Origin: Candidatus Methanarcanum sp.
GTDB lineage: Archaea > Thermoplasmatota > Thermoplasmata > Methanomassiliicoccales > Methanomethylophilaceae
NCBI GenBank assembly: GCA_045600635.1
Contig: JAZRYJ010000011.1
Coordinates: 18,440 to 82,439, forward strand
Direction of reading: 5' to 3'
Length of the DNA: 64,000 nt
In this document: positions 1 to 10,185 of the stretch, one piece after another
Layout: each line of letters starts with the position of its first letter
Numbering within the stretch: position 1 is the stretch's first letter
The notes under the pieces: model-generated
The model's database searches: none
What the model was told of the DNA's origin: nothing
Seen by the model: the letters and a program-made list of their open reading frames with translations, nothing else
Program-made: the position numbers and the translations under genes

Positions 1-179
1 TCGAACAGTAGCCAAATGTGTGAGAACCCATCTATGCATCTTAATGACTCATGGTCGCGGTACTTCGGAACGAACACTATCCTGCCGATGCATCCGTCGG
101 CAAGACAGCTCTGTCTGGGAATCCCGAATTTCTCCTTGAAATCAGTATGGATGTGAGCGATCGGTTCTATTGTCGCCAT
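1..179 (-). CDS. tsaA: tRNA m6t6A37 methyltransferase TrmO/TsaA (YaeB family), N-terminal part, runs off the window edge
   Basis: Manual translation from ATG at 179: MATIEPIAHIHTDFKEKFGIPRQSCLADGCIGRIVFVPKYRDHESLRCIDGFSHIWLLF. The F-x-EKFGIPRQ and GFSHIWL motifs are typical of TsaA. Not in the ORF track. Confidence 0.85.
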   Translation of the reverse strand, partial: MATIEPIAHIHTDFKEKFGIPRQSCLADGCIGRIVFVPKYRDHESLRCIDGFSHIWLLF

Positions 180-185
180 ATGAAA

Positions 186-704
186 TCAGTACTTTATCAA
201 TGAAATGATATCATAATCAGAGAATTTGTTCCTCGGATGGAATTCCGATTCGAGTTCAACGACAAAAGCCAATTTGACAACCTCACCGCCGAGCCTCTCC
301 ACCAATTTAATCGCGGCCTCCATCGTTCCGCCTGTTGCGATCAGATCATCTACGATGACGACCTTCTGACCTTTTTTGATCGAATCAGTATGCATCTCGA
401 TGGTTGCTTCACCATATTCCAGAGCATATGATTCGGAGATCACTTCCCTCGGAAGCTTTCCTTTCTTTCTTGCAGGAACAAATTCCTTGTTGAAATTATA
501 TGCGATGGGCGCACCGAATATGAATCCGCGCGATTCCAATCCTACAACAACGTCGAAATCCACATCCTTCAATCCATCTGACAGCATATCGATAGCAAGC
601 TTGAACCCATCTTTGTCATTCAACACTGATGTTATATCACGGAAAATGACGCCTTTCTTCGGAAAATCCGGAATGGCTGTCATATAGTCATCCAATTGTT
701 TCAT
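186..704 (-). CDS. apt: Adenine phosphoribosyltransferase
   Basis: DFPKKGVIFRDIT, ESRGFIFG, PRPP-binding VVIVDDLIATGGT. Confidence 0.97.
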   Translation of the reverse strand: MKQLDDYMTAIPDFPKKGVIFRDITSVLNDKDGFKLAIDMLSDGLKDVDFDVVVGLESRGFIFGAPIAYNFNKEFVPARKKGKLPREVISESYALEYGEATIEMHTDSIKKGQKVVIVDDLIATGGTMEAAIKLVERLGGEVVKLAFVVELESEFHPRNKFSDYDIISLIKY

Positions 705-752
705 GATGGTGAGATAGTATTGTTAAATAAAATATCTACCGCGACATAACAT

Positions 753-771
753 TTCATTCCAGAGGAATGAA
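753..771. promoter_or_regulatory. Palindromic operator candidate TTCATTCC-AGA-GGAATGAA between the divergent apt and ATP-grasp genes
   Basis: Perfect 8-bp inverted repeat with a 3-nt spacer, between the two AT-rich promoter regions. Confidence 0.4.
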
Positions 772-816
772 TATTCCCGAAAATCCGTTTATAATAAGTA
801 ATGCATACTGTAGAGT

Positions 817-2475
817 ATGAAATCAATTGTTATATGCTGCACACAGTCGTCCGCTGAATTGTATATGACGGACGTCATCGACATGGGGTACAACCCTATA
901 CTAGTCAACCCGCCCATGACGGAGGAGATGGAGGGATGCTCGGAATCTTTCTTCGAAAAATTCGGAAAGAACTATACGATGTTCGAAACAACTCCTGAAG
1001 ATGCGCATAAGATAGTTGATGAACTGAAGAAATTCGATATCACCGCAGTTGTTGCAGGTTCTGAACTGGGCGTACGTATAGCGGACATACTGGCCGCTGA
1101 ATTGGGTGTCAAAGGAAACGATCCGAGTACCACGCATCTGCGTTGCACGAAGATGGGTATGCATGATGCATTGGAGAAAGCAGGGATCAGGAAGATCGAA
1201 TCGATGCAGGTCAAGTCAGAAGATGACATCAGAACATTCTGGAAGAAGTATGACATCGAAAAGGCCTTCATGAAATTCTCAGAAGGTGCCGGTACTGTGG
1301 GCAGTAAGATGTGCAATACGATAGATGAAGCTATTGCCCATTACAGCGAAATGAAAGAAGGGAACAATCCTTTCAACGTTTCAGGTGAAGACGACATCAT
1401 CCTGATACAGGAATACATCGGCGGCGATGAATATATAGTGAATACGGTCAGCTGCAACGGCGAACATATGATCACAGATGTATGGAAGTACAGCAAGATA
1501 ATCACAAAGAACAACAACGTAGTATATGATTACGCCAAGCTGCTCACATCCAGCGAACCGGGTATACAGGATCTTGTAAGATACGCTTACAAGGTATTGG
1601 ATGCAACAGGTTTCAAATACGGTCCGTGTCACGGAGAGTACAAGGTCGATTCCAAAGGGCCTGTTCTGATTGAGACCAATGCAAGGCCTATGGGCGCGTC
1701 GTTGAGTGCATTATATCTTGATGAATGTCTGGGTCACCATATCACAGATATCGCATTGGAATCCTATCTTAATCCGTCCCATTTCATCACAATGAGGGAC
1801 AGACCGTACAGGCCTCTCAAAATGGCTGCACTTTTCCTTCCTATCGTCCCGTATGATATGGATGCTGACATCGCTCCTCTGTTCGAATTGATGAAACACC
1901 TCAAGACTTTCAGATACAGCACACCGACGTTGTCCCCGGGTAAGAGACATTATCCTGAAACTATCGATCTGGAAACATCGCCGATACAGATCAAACTCTG
2001 CGGAGAGAAGAAAGATGTAATGGATGATATAGACTTCCTGCATATCCTTGAATTCAACTACGTCGATCTGCTGTTCACTGTGGGAAAGAAGATTCCGAAA
2101 TGCGAACCCATTATCGACCTGGATGAGGCACTCACCTATCTTGAAAATACAATGAGGGCATTGGTAGTATGTGATGACGGCAATTATGTCTATCAATTCG
2201 GAAAGAAGGAAAAACTCTCCGATGGTGCAATGGATATCTATGATGCATGTATATTTGCAAAATCGACCGAATGCTCATTGGAAGAGAAATATCATGATAT
2301 GCTGATATCGATCGCACAGGTGCACAACGGAGGATTCGTCGCTTTCATGCCGAAAGTCTACATGAACCTGCCGTTCAAATCTGTGATCATCGAATTGATC
2401 GCAAAACTCACAGGCATTCAGCTCTATTTCCCGCATCAGATGAGTATGGGCATAATCTACGGAAAAAAACAGTGA
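817..2475 (+). CDS. ATP-grasp domain protein (L-amino-acid ligase-like) with a C-terminal extension of unknown function
   Basis: ATP-grasp signatures LIQEYIGGDEYIVNTVS, GPCHGEYK, LIETNARPMG and GAGTVG loop; 552 aa. Confidence 0.85.
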   Translation: MKSIVICCTQSSAELYMTDVIDMGYNPILVNPPMTEEMEGCSESFFEKFGKNYTMFETTPEDAHKIVDELKKFDITAVVAGSELGVRIADILAAELGVKGNDPSTTHLRCTKMGMHDALEKAGIRKIESMQVKSEDDIRTFWKKYDIEKAFMKFSEGAGTVGSKMCNTIDEAIAHYSEMKEGNNPFNVSGEDDIILIQEYIGGDEYIVNTVSCNGEHMITDVWKYSKIITKNNNVVYDYAKLLTSSEPGIQDLVRYAYKVLDATGFKYGPCHGEYKVDSKGPVLIETNARPMGASLSALYLDECLGHHITDIALESYLNPSHFITMRDRPYRPLKMAALFLPIVPYDMDADIAPLFELMKHLKTFRYSTPTLSPGKRHYPETIDLETSPIQIKLCGEKKDVMDDIDFLHILEFNYVDLLFTVGKKIPKCEPIIDLDEALTYLENTMRALVVCDDGNYVYQFGKKEKLSDGAMDIYDACIFAKSTECSLEEKYHDMLISIAQVHNGGFVAFMPKVYMNLPFKSVIIELIAKLTGIQLYFPHQMSMGIIYGKKQ

Positions 2476-2493
2476 TCTCACAATTATTAAAAG

Positions 2494-3708
2494 ATGAATG
2501 ACATGAACGCAAAAATGCATTACGGATGGTATATCGTTATCGTCTGTATGCTGATGGTGTTCGGTGCATCATTGGTATCCACCGGAATGACAGTGTATAT
2601 CACTGAACTTAAGAACCAAGGTGTCTCTCCCACAGAAACCTCATTTATCATCACAATCAGCAGCATAACTGCATTCATCGCCACATATATAGCTGACAGA
2701 TACTTCAGAAGATTCGGACTGAAGAACGGGATGCTTATCGCCGTAATATCCGGGATGGTGGCATTCATAATATATTCGGTTGCAGGAACAACTATCTGGC
2801 TGTATTATACTGGTGCGGTGTTTGGAGGTGTCACTTATGGATTGGGATTCATGATGTCATCCTCGATGCTCATAAGAAGATGGTTCAATAGAAACAGAGG
2901 CCTGGCACTGTCAATTTGTTCAGCAGGGTCCGGCATCTCGATTGCTGTAGGCACTCCGATATTGCAGACTTTGATCACGGAATTCGGACTCCAGGCATCA
3001 TTCATATCAGAAGCGGCATTCATGGCCGTTGTGGTCATTCTGATACTTCTCTTCGTCAGGAATGATCCGTCCGAAATGAACCTGGAACCTGTAGGAGGGA
3101 TGATTGCAGAGGTTGAAAGCGAAAAACAAAGATTCAAACTCTCCAGACCTGTGTTGATTATGCTGATCGTAGCTGCTATCCTGTGCGGCACAGCAGGATT
3201 TCCGGCCACATCCAATCTTCATTCGAATTTCACTGACTGCTGTATAGATCCGATGTTGGTCGCATTCGGAATATCCGTATTCGGGATCATACTGCTGATC
3301 TCAAAATTGATCTTCGGCAGAGTAGTGGACAAAAAAGGTGCATTGTTTAGCACGATACTGTTCGGCATCTTCATCGCTGTCGGTCTTATAGGGTGCTATC
3401 TGATACAATTCTTTCCCGATGAAGCCTTCATGTTCGCCACATTCATATTATTGGGTATCGGATATCCGATAACCACATTGGGATTCCCGAATTGGACTGC
3501 AGAATTCACAACGAGAGATGAATACCCTGATATCCTGAAATATCTCCAGATCGGATTCCAATTCGGTATCGTCATAGGATCGCCCATTCCTGGTCCGATG
3601 ACAGAACTCACAGGCAGTCTGAGCAATGCCTATCTGATCTTCGCAATATTCATCTTCCTTTCATTATTGCTTGTTTCTTCCGCATACGGCATTGCAAAGA
3701 GGTCATAA
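2494..3708 (+). CDS. Major facilitator superfamily transporter
   Basis: About 12 hydrophobic segments; YIADRYFRRFG and FGRVVDKKG motif-A-like loops; RRWFNRNRGLALS. Confidence 0.92.
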   Translation: MNDMNAKMHYGWYIVIVCMLMVFGASLVSTGMTVYITELKNQGVSPTETSFIITISSITAFIATYIADRYFRRFGLKNGMLIAVISGMVAFIIYSVAGTTIWLYYTGAVFGGVTYGLGFMMSSSMLIRRWFNRNRGLALSICSAGSGISIAVGTPILQTLITEFGLQASFISEAAFMAVVVILILLFVRNDPSEMNLEPVGGMIAEVESEKQRFKLSRPVLIMLIVAAILCGTAGFPATSNLHSNFTDCCIDPMLVAFGISVFGIILLISKLIFGRVVDKKGALFSTILFGIFIAVGLIGCYLIQFFPDEAFMFATFILLGIGYPITTLGFPNWTAEFTTRDEYPDILKYLQIGFQFGIVIGSPIPGPMTELTGSLSNAYLIFAIFIFLSLLLVSSAYGIAKRS

Positions 3709-3710
3709 AT

Positions 3711-4712
3711 ATGGATCTTAAAGCCGTATATCATCTGAAAAATACAAGAGAAGGAGCCCATAACACCATCATTTTCACAATCGATGGCGGGACCGCAATG
3801 ATGAGAAAATTTTGTGATTCTGATATCATTGATGAATTCACGGAACCGCCAGTGGAAACTGAATCTGAATTCAATACAGATTCATTTGAATTCCTGAAAA
3901 AGAAAATGAAGAGAACGGACGGAGATGATTATGAGATCACCGTAGGAAAAAATACAGTCAAAGGAAATTATGATGATCTGCCCGATTATCTTATGGAGTT
4001 TCAGAAGATGTGTGGAATCACCCCGATTATTTACGCTGATTGTGTAAACCAATGCAGATTCTCCAAATCTGGATTGAAGAATGCTTTCGACAAAAAGATA
4101 ATTTCTTCTGAATGTTACAAAGAACATGTCAGAATTATTAATGAGAGTGAAAACAGAATGAAAGATGCGGAGTCAATGCTTAATGACAGGTCGTATCCGT
4201 TCAAAAGAACGCCCGGAGATATGATCTCCGATCTGAATGACGGCATGATAACTGATGATCAGTTCAATACATTCGTCAGATTCAGAAGATACGGCGGCAT
4301 TTCCGATCCAAAGATCACTCGTGTCAAACTCAAACTCAGTCTTTGGGGACAAAGGCTGATGGGCAGATATGATACATGCGAGTATATCCTGGATGACGCC
4401 GAATTATCTGAAAGACGCTACAGTGTTCACGGAACTTTGTTCGAAGGATGTGGTAACTACAAAGCACCGGAATCCGCGATCATTACCGAGTTAGAACCTC
4501 TACTCATCAAAAACATATTCTCTTTCATACAATTCCTTTCTGAAAAAGGCACCCTGGAGAAGGATTATTGTGTTCCGGGAATCGATTGCAGTTTCTTCGA
4601 CCTCTATGTCAGATTCAATGACGGACATTCCATCCATACCAAAGGAACCACTGAATACCCATGGTTCATCAAATTCATCATGTATATGATCGGTGCAAAA
4701 GATCTTCTGTAA
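3711..4712 (+). CDS. Hypothetical protein
   Basis: 333-aa ORF starting 2 nt after the MFS stop; no recognised family. Confidence 0.7.
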   Translation: MDLKAVYHLKNTREGAHNTIIFTIDGGTAMMRKFCDSDIIDEFTEPPVETESEFNTDSFEFLKKKMKRTDGDDYEITVGKNTVKGNYDDLPDYLMEFQKMCGITPIIYADCVNQCRFSKSGLKNAFDKKIISSECYKEHVRIINESENRMKDAESMLNDRSYPFKRTPGDMISDLNDGMITDDQFNTFVRFRRYGGISDPKITRVKLKLSLWGQRLMGRYDTCEYILDDAELSERRYSVHGTLFEGCGNYKAPESAIITELEPLLIKNIFSFIQFLSEKGTLEKDYCVPGIDCSFFDLYVRFNDGHSIHTKGTTEYPWFIKFIMYMIGAKDLL

Positions 4713-4721
4713 AAGATAAAA

Positions 4722-4741
4722 CCGGCACCCTGAGGTACCGG
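4722..4741. terminator. Stem-loop between convergent genes
   Basis: CCGGCACC-CTGA-GGTACCGG (one mismatch), A-rich and T-rich flanks. Confidence 0.45.
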
Positions 4742-4749
4742 AATAAGTT

Positions 4750-5292
4750 TTACCAGTTCGAAGCTTTGACTTCGAAATATGATTGCGGGTGTTTGCAAAC
4801 CGGACAGACTTCCGGTGCGGACTCTCCCACATGTGTGTATCCGCAGTTCCTGCATTTCCAGATTGCGACTTTGTCCTTCTTGAATACAAGGCCGTTCTCA
4901 ATGTTCTTGAGAAGTGCAAGATATCTCTCCTCATGTGTCTTTTCAATCGCTCCGACACCTTCGAATGCTGCTGCGATCTCGTCAAATCCCTCTTCTCTCG
5001 CAGTCTTTGCGAACTCAGCGTACATCTTGGTCCACTCAAAGTTCTCTCCGCCGGCTGCATCCTTGAGATTCTCGACGGTTGAAGGGACTTTTCCTCCATT
5101 CAACTGTTTGAACCATAACTTTGCATGCTCCTTCTCGTTATCTGCCGTCTCTGTGAAAATTGCAGCGATCTGCTCATATCCTTCTTTCTTAGCCTGTGAA
5201 GCATAGTATGTATACTTGTTTCTGGCCTGACTCTCTCCGGAAAATGCCTGGAGAAGATTTGCTTCTGTTTTTGTTCCTTTAAGTGATGGCAT
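4750..5292 (-). CDS. rbr: Rubrerythrin
   Basis: [24 protein letters not shown], diiron ExxH motifs (EKEH, EKTH), C-terminal rubredoxin CxxC...CPVC. Confidence 0.96.
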   Translation of the reverse strand: MPSLKGTKTEANLLQAFSGESQARNKYTYYASQAKKEGYEQIAAIFTETADNEKEHAKLWFKQLNGGKVPSTVENLKDAAGGENFEWTKMYAEFAKTAREEGFDEIAAAFEGVGAIEKTHEERYLALLKNIENGLVFKKDKVAIWKCRNCGYTHVGESAPEVCPVCKHPQSYFEVKASNW

Positions 5293-5346
5293 ATTCTTCC
5301 TCTGTTTCTGTATATGTTGAATTGTTATCTAAAATTTAAGTGAAAT

Positions 5347-5368
5347 ACAAGGGGTTTAGACCCCTTGT
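5347..5368. terminator. Stem-loop downstream of the reverse rubrerythrin
   Basis: ACAAGGGG-TTTAGA-CCCCTTGT, perfect 8-bp stem. Confidence 0.6.
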
Positions 5369-5373
5369 TTTAA

Positions 5374-5919
5374 TCAGTTGAAATATCTCTTGAGAAGTCC
5401 TTCAAAGGCCTGACCGTGTCTCGCCTCATCCCTTGCCATCTCATGAACCGCATCATGGATTGCATCGAGATTGAGTTCTTTTGCCTTCTTTGCGAGATCT
5501 GTCTTTCCTTTTGTCGCACCGTTCTCTGCTGCAACTCTCATCTCAAGGTTTTTCTTTGTACTCGATGTTACAACTTCACCGAGCATCTCTGCAAACCTTG
5601 ATGCATGATCTGCCTCTTCAAATGCTGCCTGTCTCCAGTACATTCCGATCTCTGGGTATCCCTCACGGAATGCCACCCTTGACATTGCGAGGTACATCCC
5701 TACTTCTGTACATTCTCCATTAAAGTTCGCTCTGAGTCCGTCGACGATTTCTTCCGGAACGCCGTCGATAATACCGACTTTGTGCTCTGATGCCCATACC
5801 CACTGGTCATCTTTGACTTCTTCGAACTTCTCAGCCGGTGCACCGCAAACCGGGCACTTTGCCGGAGGGACATCTCCTTTGACGATCTCGCCACAGACTG
5901 TACATCTCCATGTCTTCAT
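5374..5919 (-). CDS. Reverse rubrerythrin / NADH peroxidase-like protein (N-terminal rubredoxin plus ferritin-like domain)
   Basis: WRCTVCG...CPVCGAP then [27 protein letters not shown] at 5919 follows a GGTGA ribosome-binding site. Confidence 0.93.
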   Translation of the reverse strand: MKTWRCTVCGEIVKGDVPPAKCPVCGAPAEKFEEVKDDQWVWASEHKVGIIDGVPEEIVDGLRANFNGECTEVGMYLAMSRVAFREGYPEIGMYWRQAAFEEADHASRFAEMLGEVVTSSTKKNLEMRVAAENGATKGKTDLAKKAKELNLDAIHDAVHEMARDEARHGQAFEGLLKRYFN

Positions 5920-5998
5920 TTCAATCACCTAAGCTGTTGAGTGAATGATGTCGGAATCCATATAAATAAACGCTGTTAACATCACTAATTAACGGCCC

Positions 5999-6634
5999 TT
6001 ATTTCTTTTTCTTGAGGAATGAGAAATATCCTTCTTTCGGAAGTTCATTCTTGTACTTCTTCCTCATCAACTTATCCAACGCATCCTTTGCTCTGGTATT
6101 GGACGGATCCAATCTTATGGATTCTTCCAACTCCGCTCTTCCTTCATCATATTTCTTCAGATCATTGATAAGAAGAATGGCATAATTCATATGGTATTTT
6201 GAATTCTTAGGATCGATAGATATCGCTTTGAGATAATATTCCTCAGACATCTTATTGTTCAAGAGCTGCATCCTGCAGAAAATCGCATATGAATTGTTAA
6301 GATCTGGATCATCAGGGTATTTTTCAAGAAGGAATCTGAACTGCTCTTCTGCTTCTCTTATGGTCTTCTTGTTATTTTTGTAGATTGTTACAAGTGCCTT
6401 CCTGGCATCTATATAATCAGGATCAAGGTCGAGGACTATTTTCAGTTGCATTATCGCATAATTATCCATCTGCGCTTTGTACGCTATCTGTGCAAGATAC
6501 ATTCTGACCTCCACATTATGAGGATCTGTCTCTAGGTAAGCTTCTAATGTGTCGATCGCACCGCTGTTGTTGTTGCTGTCACTCTGATTGTGTGCTTTCT
6601 TCATTGCGTCTTCAGCACTGCAGTTCATACACAC
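5999..6634 (-). CDS. Tetratricopeptide-repeat protein
   Basis: Repeated TPR helices ending in LDLDPDY, EKYPDD, ISIDPKN, IRLDPSN. Confidence 0.85.
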   Translation of the reverse strand: MCMNCSAEDAMKKAHNQSDSNNNSGAIDTLEAYLETDPHNVEVRMYLAQIAYKAQMDNYAIMQLKIVLDLDPDYIDARKALVTIYKNNKKTIREAEEQFRFLLEKYPDDPDLNNSYAIFCRMQLLNNKMSEEYYLKAISIDPKNSKYHMNYAILLINDLKKYDEGRAELEESIRLDPSNTRAKDALDKLMRKKYKNELPKEGYFSFLKKKK

Positions 6635-6695
6635 CGGAACGTCACGTTGATATTATAATGTGGTGCAACGATTACGACAAAGAGTTGTGAAGAAT

Positions 6696-6995
6696 ATGGG
6701 TCTGTTTTCAAAACTGTCAGGCAAGGATAAGAAACCTACAAATGAGGTTAAAGTAACCGGTGCCCCAAAAACAAAGAAGAAAGAGAATTCCGACGATACA
6801 GCGAGCAGAAAGAAAAGACAACTTGTATCACCCCATCCTGACGGCGGTTGGCAGGTGAAAATCGAAGGCGGAGAAAGAGCCACAAAAAGATTCAATACGA
6901 AGGCTGAAGCAGAAGAATATGCAAAAAAGGTCGCCAAGAATCAGAACACATCCGTTACAAGAAGAAAGAAGGACGGTACGTTCCAAAAGAAATGA
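6696..6995 (+). CDS. DUF2188-like small basic protein
   Basis: VSPHPDGGWQVKIEGGERATKRFNTKAEA...A...AKNQ...RRKKDGTFQ matches the DUF2188 pattern; ATG at 6696 preferred. Confidence 0.8.
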   Translation: MGLFSKLSGKDKKPTNEVKVTGAPKTKKKENSDDTASRKKRQLVSPHPDGGWQVKIEGGERATKRFNTKAEAEEYAKKVAKNQNTSVTRRKKDGTFQKK

Positions 6996-7081
6996 CGTCT
7001 TTCTGAACAAGTAGTCAAGCTTATTAAGTACCGCGCGTAATACCGTCGTACTTTTATCTTAAAGATTAGGAGCAACAAACG

Positions 7082-9130
7082 ATGGAAGAAGAAAACGGGA
7101 AAACGCCGACCACGACTGTAGATGAGTGGATAGAGAAGCAGTCTTTCCGTACGACAGAGGAGATCGAGATCCCTGAAATGAAGGCCGATCAGGTCATCGG
7201 ACAGGAGGAAGCGGTCGAGATCATCAAAAAGGCAGCGACACAAAAAAGACATGTCATGCTCATTGGTGAACCCGGTACAGGAAAATCAATGCTTGCGAAC
7301 GCAATGACAGAGTATCTTCCGAAAGGAGAGTTGCAGGATGTTGTATCATATCACAATCCTGAGGACTTCAACGAACCGAGGATACGTATTCTGCCTGCAG
7401 GCAGAGGAAAGCCTATTGTCGATGAACAGAAGGCACAGGCTGCTGCCCAAAGGGCACAGAAGAACAATATGTCCCTTTACCTCATACTCGGAATAGTTGC
7501 TATAGGTATCATCTACTTCATCATGACTGGCAGAGCCGAACTGCTTTGGATATCGATTCTCGCATCATTCCTAATCTGGATGATATTCAAAGCACCCGGT
7601 CAGAAACAAGAGACAATGATTGTGCCTAAACTTCTTGTTGGGCATAAATCAGATGATATGCCGCCATTCGTGGATGCCACAGGAACGCATGCAGGTGCAT
7701 TGCTCGGGGATGTCAGACACGATCCTTTCCAGTCAGGAGGATTGGAGACACCTTCGCACGACAGACTTGAAGCAGGTGCTATCCACAAAGCCAACAAAGG
7801 AGTACTCTTCATCGATGAGATAAACACTCTCAGGATGGAATCCCAACAGGCACTTCTCACTGCGATGCAGGAGAAAAAGGCAAGCATCACAGGTCAGTCA
7901 GAGAGATCGTCGGGTGCACTCGTGAAAAGTGAACCTGTTCCGACTGATTTCGTCCTTGTGTGTGCAGGAAACCTCGATGCACTCGAAGGCATGCACCCTG
8001 CACTCAGATCAAGGATCAGAGGATACGGTTACGAAGTATACATGAAGAACACCATGCCGGATACTGATGAAAACCGCAACAATATCGTCAGATTCGTTGC
8101 ACAGGAAATCAAAAAGGACGGTAAGATCCCGAAATTCGACAAATACGCTGTAGGAGAAGTCATCAGAGAAGCACAGCGCCGTTCCGGAAGAAAAGGAGAA
8201 CTTACACTCAGGTTCAGAGAACTCGGAGGTCTTGTACGTATCTCAGGTGATGTAGCGATAAGGAAGAAGGAAGATACCGTCTCACTCGAGGATGTCATCG
8301 AGGCAAAAATGACCGCACGCAGTCTGGAGAAACAGATCGCAGACCGTGTAGCGGATGCTCACAAGAAATACTCACTCTTCAAGATCGAGGGTGAAGAGGT
8401 CGGAATGGTCAACGGATTGGCGGTTCTCAACGGAGGTTCTTCACTAGCAGAGTATGCGGGTAATGTTCTCCCGATAGTTGCGGAGGTAACGCCTGCGTTG
8501 GACAAGAAGAACGGTCGCATCATAGCCACAGGTAAACTCGGTGAGATAGCGAAAGAAGCAGTCGAAAACATATCTGCTGTCGTCAAGAAATATGCTATAT
8601 CAGATCTTTCAGAAAAAGACATACACCTTCAGTTCGTCGGAACATACGAGGGTGTCGAAGGGGACAGCGCTTCCATAACGATCACTACAGCGATTATATC
8701 AGCACTTGAGAACATACCGATACACCAAAATCTTGCAATGACAGGAAGCCTGAATGTAAGAGGTAAAGTTCTTCCGATTGGCGGTGTCACTGCCAAACTG
8801 GAGGCGGCATCAGATGCGGGCATCACAAGGGCTCTCATCCCCTACGAGAATGCCAAAGATGTCCTCATAGAATCAAGATACTACGACAGAATCGAGATCA
8901 TCACCGTCGAAACATTCCGCGATGTCATCGAATATGCATTCGTGGACTGTGCGAAGAAACAGGAACTTCTTGACAAGTTGCTCCCGTTGAATGAAACTGG
9001 TGAATCAACAGCCAAGAAGCTCGAACCACCAGTCCGCAATGAGAAACCTGAGGTCATCGAAACTGTTGTCACAGAAACTGTTGTTGAGGCCCCCGAGGTC
9101 ACAGAAACACCACAGAGTACACCTCTGTGA
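7082..9130 (+). CDS. lonB: Archaeal membrane-anchored ATP-dependent protease LonB
   Basis: Walker [11 protein letters not shown] insertion, LFIDEI, catalytic EGDSASI and downstream Lys (GVTAKLEAA). Confidence 0.97.
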   Translation: MEEENGKTPTTTVDEWIEKQSFRTTEEIEIPEMKADQVIGQEEAVEIIKKAATQKRHVMLIGEPGTGKSMLANAMTEYLPKGELQDVVSYHNPEDFNEPRIRILPAGRGKPIVDEQKAQAAAQRAQKNNMSLYLILGIVAIGIIYFIMTGRAELLWISILASFLIWMIFKAPGQKQETMIVPKLLVGHKSDDMPPFVDATGTHAGALLGDVRHDPFQSGGLETPSHDRLEAGAIHKANKGVLFIDEINTLRMESQQALLTAMQEKKASITGQSERSSGALVKSEPVPTDFVLVCAGNLDALEGMHPALRSRIRGYGYEVYMKNTMPDTDENRNNIVRFVAQEIKKDGKIPKFDKYAVGEVIREAQRRSGRKGELTLRFRELGGLVRISGDVAIRKKEDTVSLEDVIEAKMTARSLEKQIADRVADAHKKYSLFKIEGEEVGMVNGLAVLNGGSSLAEYAGNVLPIVAEVTPALDKKNGRIIATGKLGEIAKEAVENISAVVKKYAISDLSEKDIHLQFVGTYEGVEGDSASITITTAIISALENIPIHQNLAMTGSLNVRGKVLPIGGVTAKLEAASDAGITRALIPYENAKDVLIESRYYDRIEIITVETFRDVIEYAFVDCAKKQELLDKLLPLNETGESTAKKLEPPVRNEKPEVIETVVTETVVEAPEVTETPQSTPL

Positions 9131-9176
9131 TCTTCAAACCATTTCCCTTTCACATTTATCTACGGAGCTTAAGGTC

Positions 9177-9725
9177 ATGCACGTCATAAAAGGACACGAA
9201 AATGATGCATTGATCATCGGCAGATTCCAGCCATTTCATAAAGGACATCTCGAGGTTATCAGAAAAGTCGCTTCAGAATGCGATCATACCATCATCGGTA
9301 TCGGAAGTGCACAATATTCCCACACGATGGATAACCCGTTCACAGCAGGTGAAAGACATTTGATGATCTCTGAGACGCTCAAGTCTGAAAGGATCGATAA
9401 CATCTCCATAATACCTGTTGAGGACATCAACAGATATTCCGCATGGGTCGCTCATGTGGAATCCATATGTCCTCCGTTCACATTCGTGTATTCCAACAAC
9501 AGCCTTACTAAACGTCTGTTCAATGAAGCAGGATATGTAGTACGTGAATCCCCGATATACAACAGGGACGAATACTCCGGAACCGAGGTCAGAAGGAGGA
9601 TGCTGGAGAACAAGGATTGGAAAAAACTTGTGCCTTTCGAAGTCGCTAAAATCATCAGTGATATTGACGGCGTTACAAGGATAAAGATGATCTCAGGAGA
9701 TTATGATGGCTGCAACGATTGCTGA
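9177..9725 (+). CDS. nadM: Nicotinamide-nucleotide adenylyltransferase
   Basis: IGRFQPFHKGH, NPFTAGER, SGTEVRRRM. The true start is ATG 9177; the ORF-track extension overlaps lonB. Confidence 0.95.
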   Translation: MHVIKGHENDALIIGRFQPFHKGHLEVIRKVASECDHTIIGIGSAQYSHTMDNPFTAGERHLMISETLKSERIDNISIIPVEDINRYSAWVAHVESICPPFTFVYSNNSLTKRLFNEAGYVVRESPIYNRDEYSGTEVRRRMLENKDWKKLVPFEVAKIISDIDGVTRIKMISGDYDGCNDC

Positions 9726-10185
9726 TCTTGCTGATTTACTGTTGAAGAATGACATGAAGCTGTCCCTCGCAGAATCGTGCACGGGCGGCCTCATCAGTAA
9801 CATGATTGTATCTGTACCAGGTTCGTCAGCATATTTTTCAGGTTCCGCTGTCACATATTCGAATGAGTCCAAAGAATCAATACTGTCAGTGAAACATGAT
9901 ACGTTGATCAGATACGGAGCTGTGAGCAGAGAAACTGCAGTTGAAATGGCACTTGGATCCATTAAAATATATGATTCCGATGTCGCAGGTTCCGTGACGG
10001 GCATCGCAGGACCTGACGGCGGTACAGACAACAAACCTGTAGGCGCCGTCTGGATGACTGTGACTGATGGTCTGAGAACGATATCATTCGAAAATCATTT
10101 CAAAGGCAACAGAGATGAGATCAGAAGACAGGCTGCAGAAACTCTCATAGACAATATCTGCGACTTCATAAGAGGTGTACTGTGA
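9703..10185 (+). CDS. cinA: CinA C-terminal domain / NMN deamidase (PncC-like)
   Basis: LAESCTGG, GSSAYF, YGAVSRETA, TGIAGPDGG..KPVG. Confidence 0.92.
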   Translation: MMAATIADLADLLLKNDMKLSLAESCTGGLISNMIVSVPGSSAYFSGSAVTYSNESKESILSVKHDTLIRYGAVSRETAVEMALGSIKIYDSDVAGSVTGIAGPDGGTDNKPVGAVWMTVTDGLRTISFENHFKGNRDEIRRQAAETLIDNICDFIRGVL

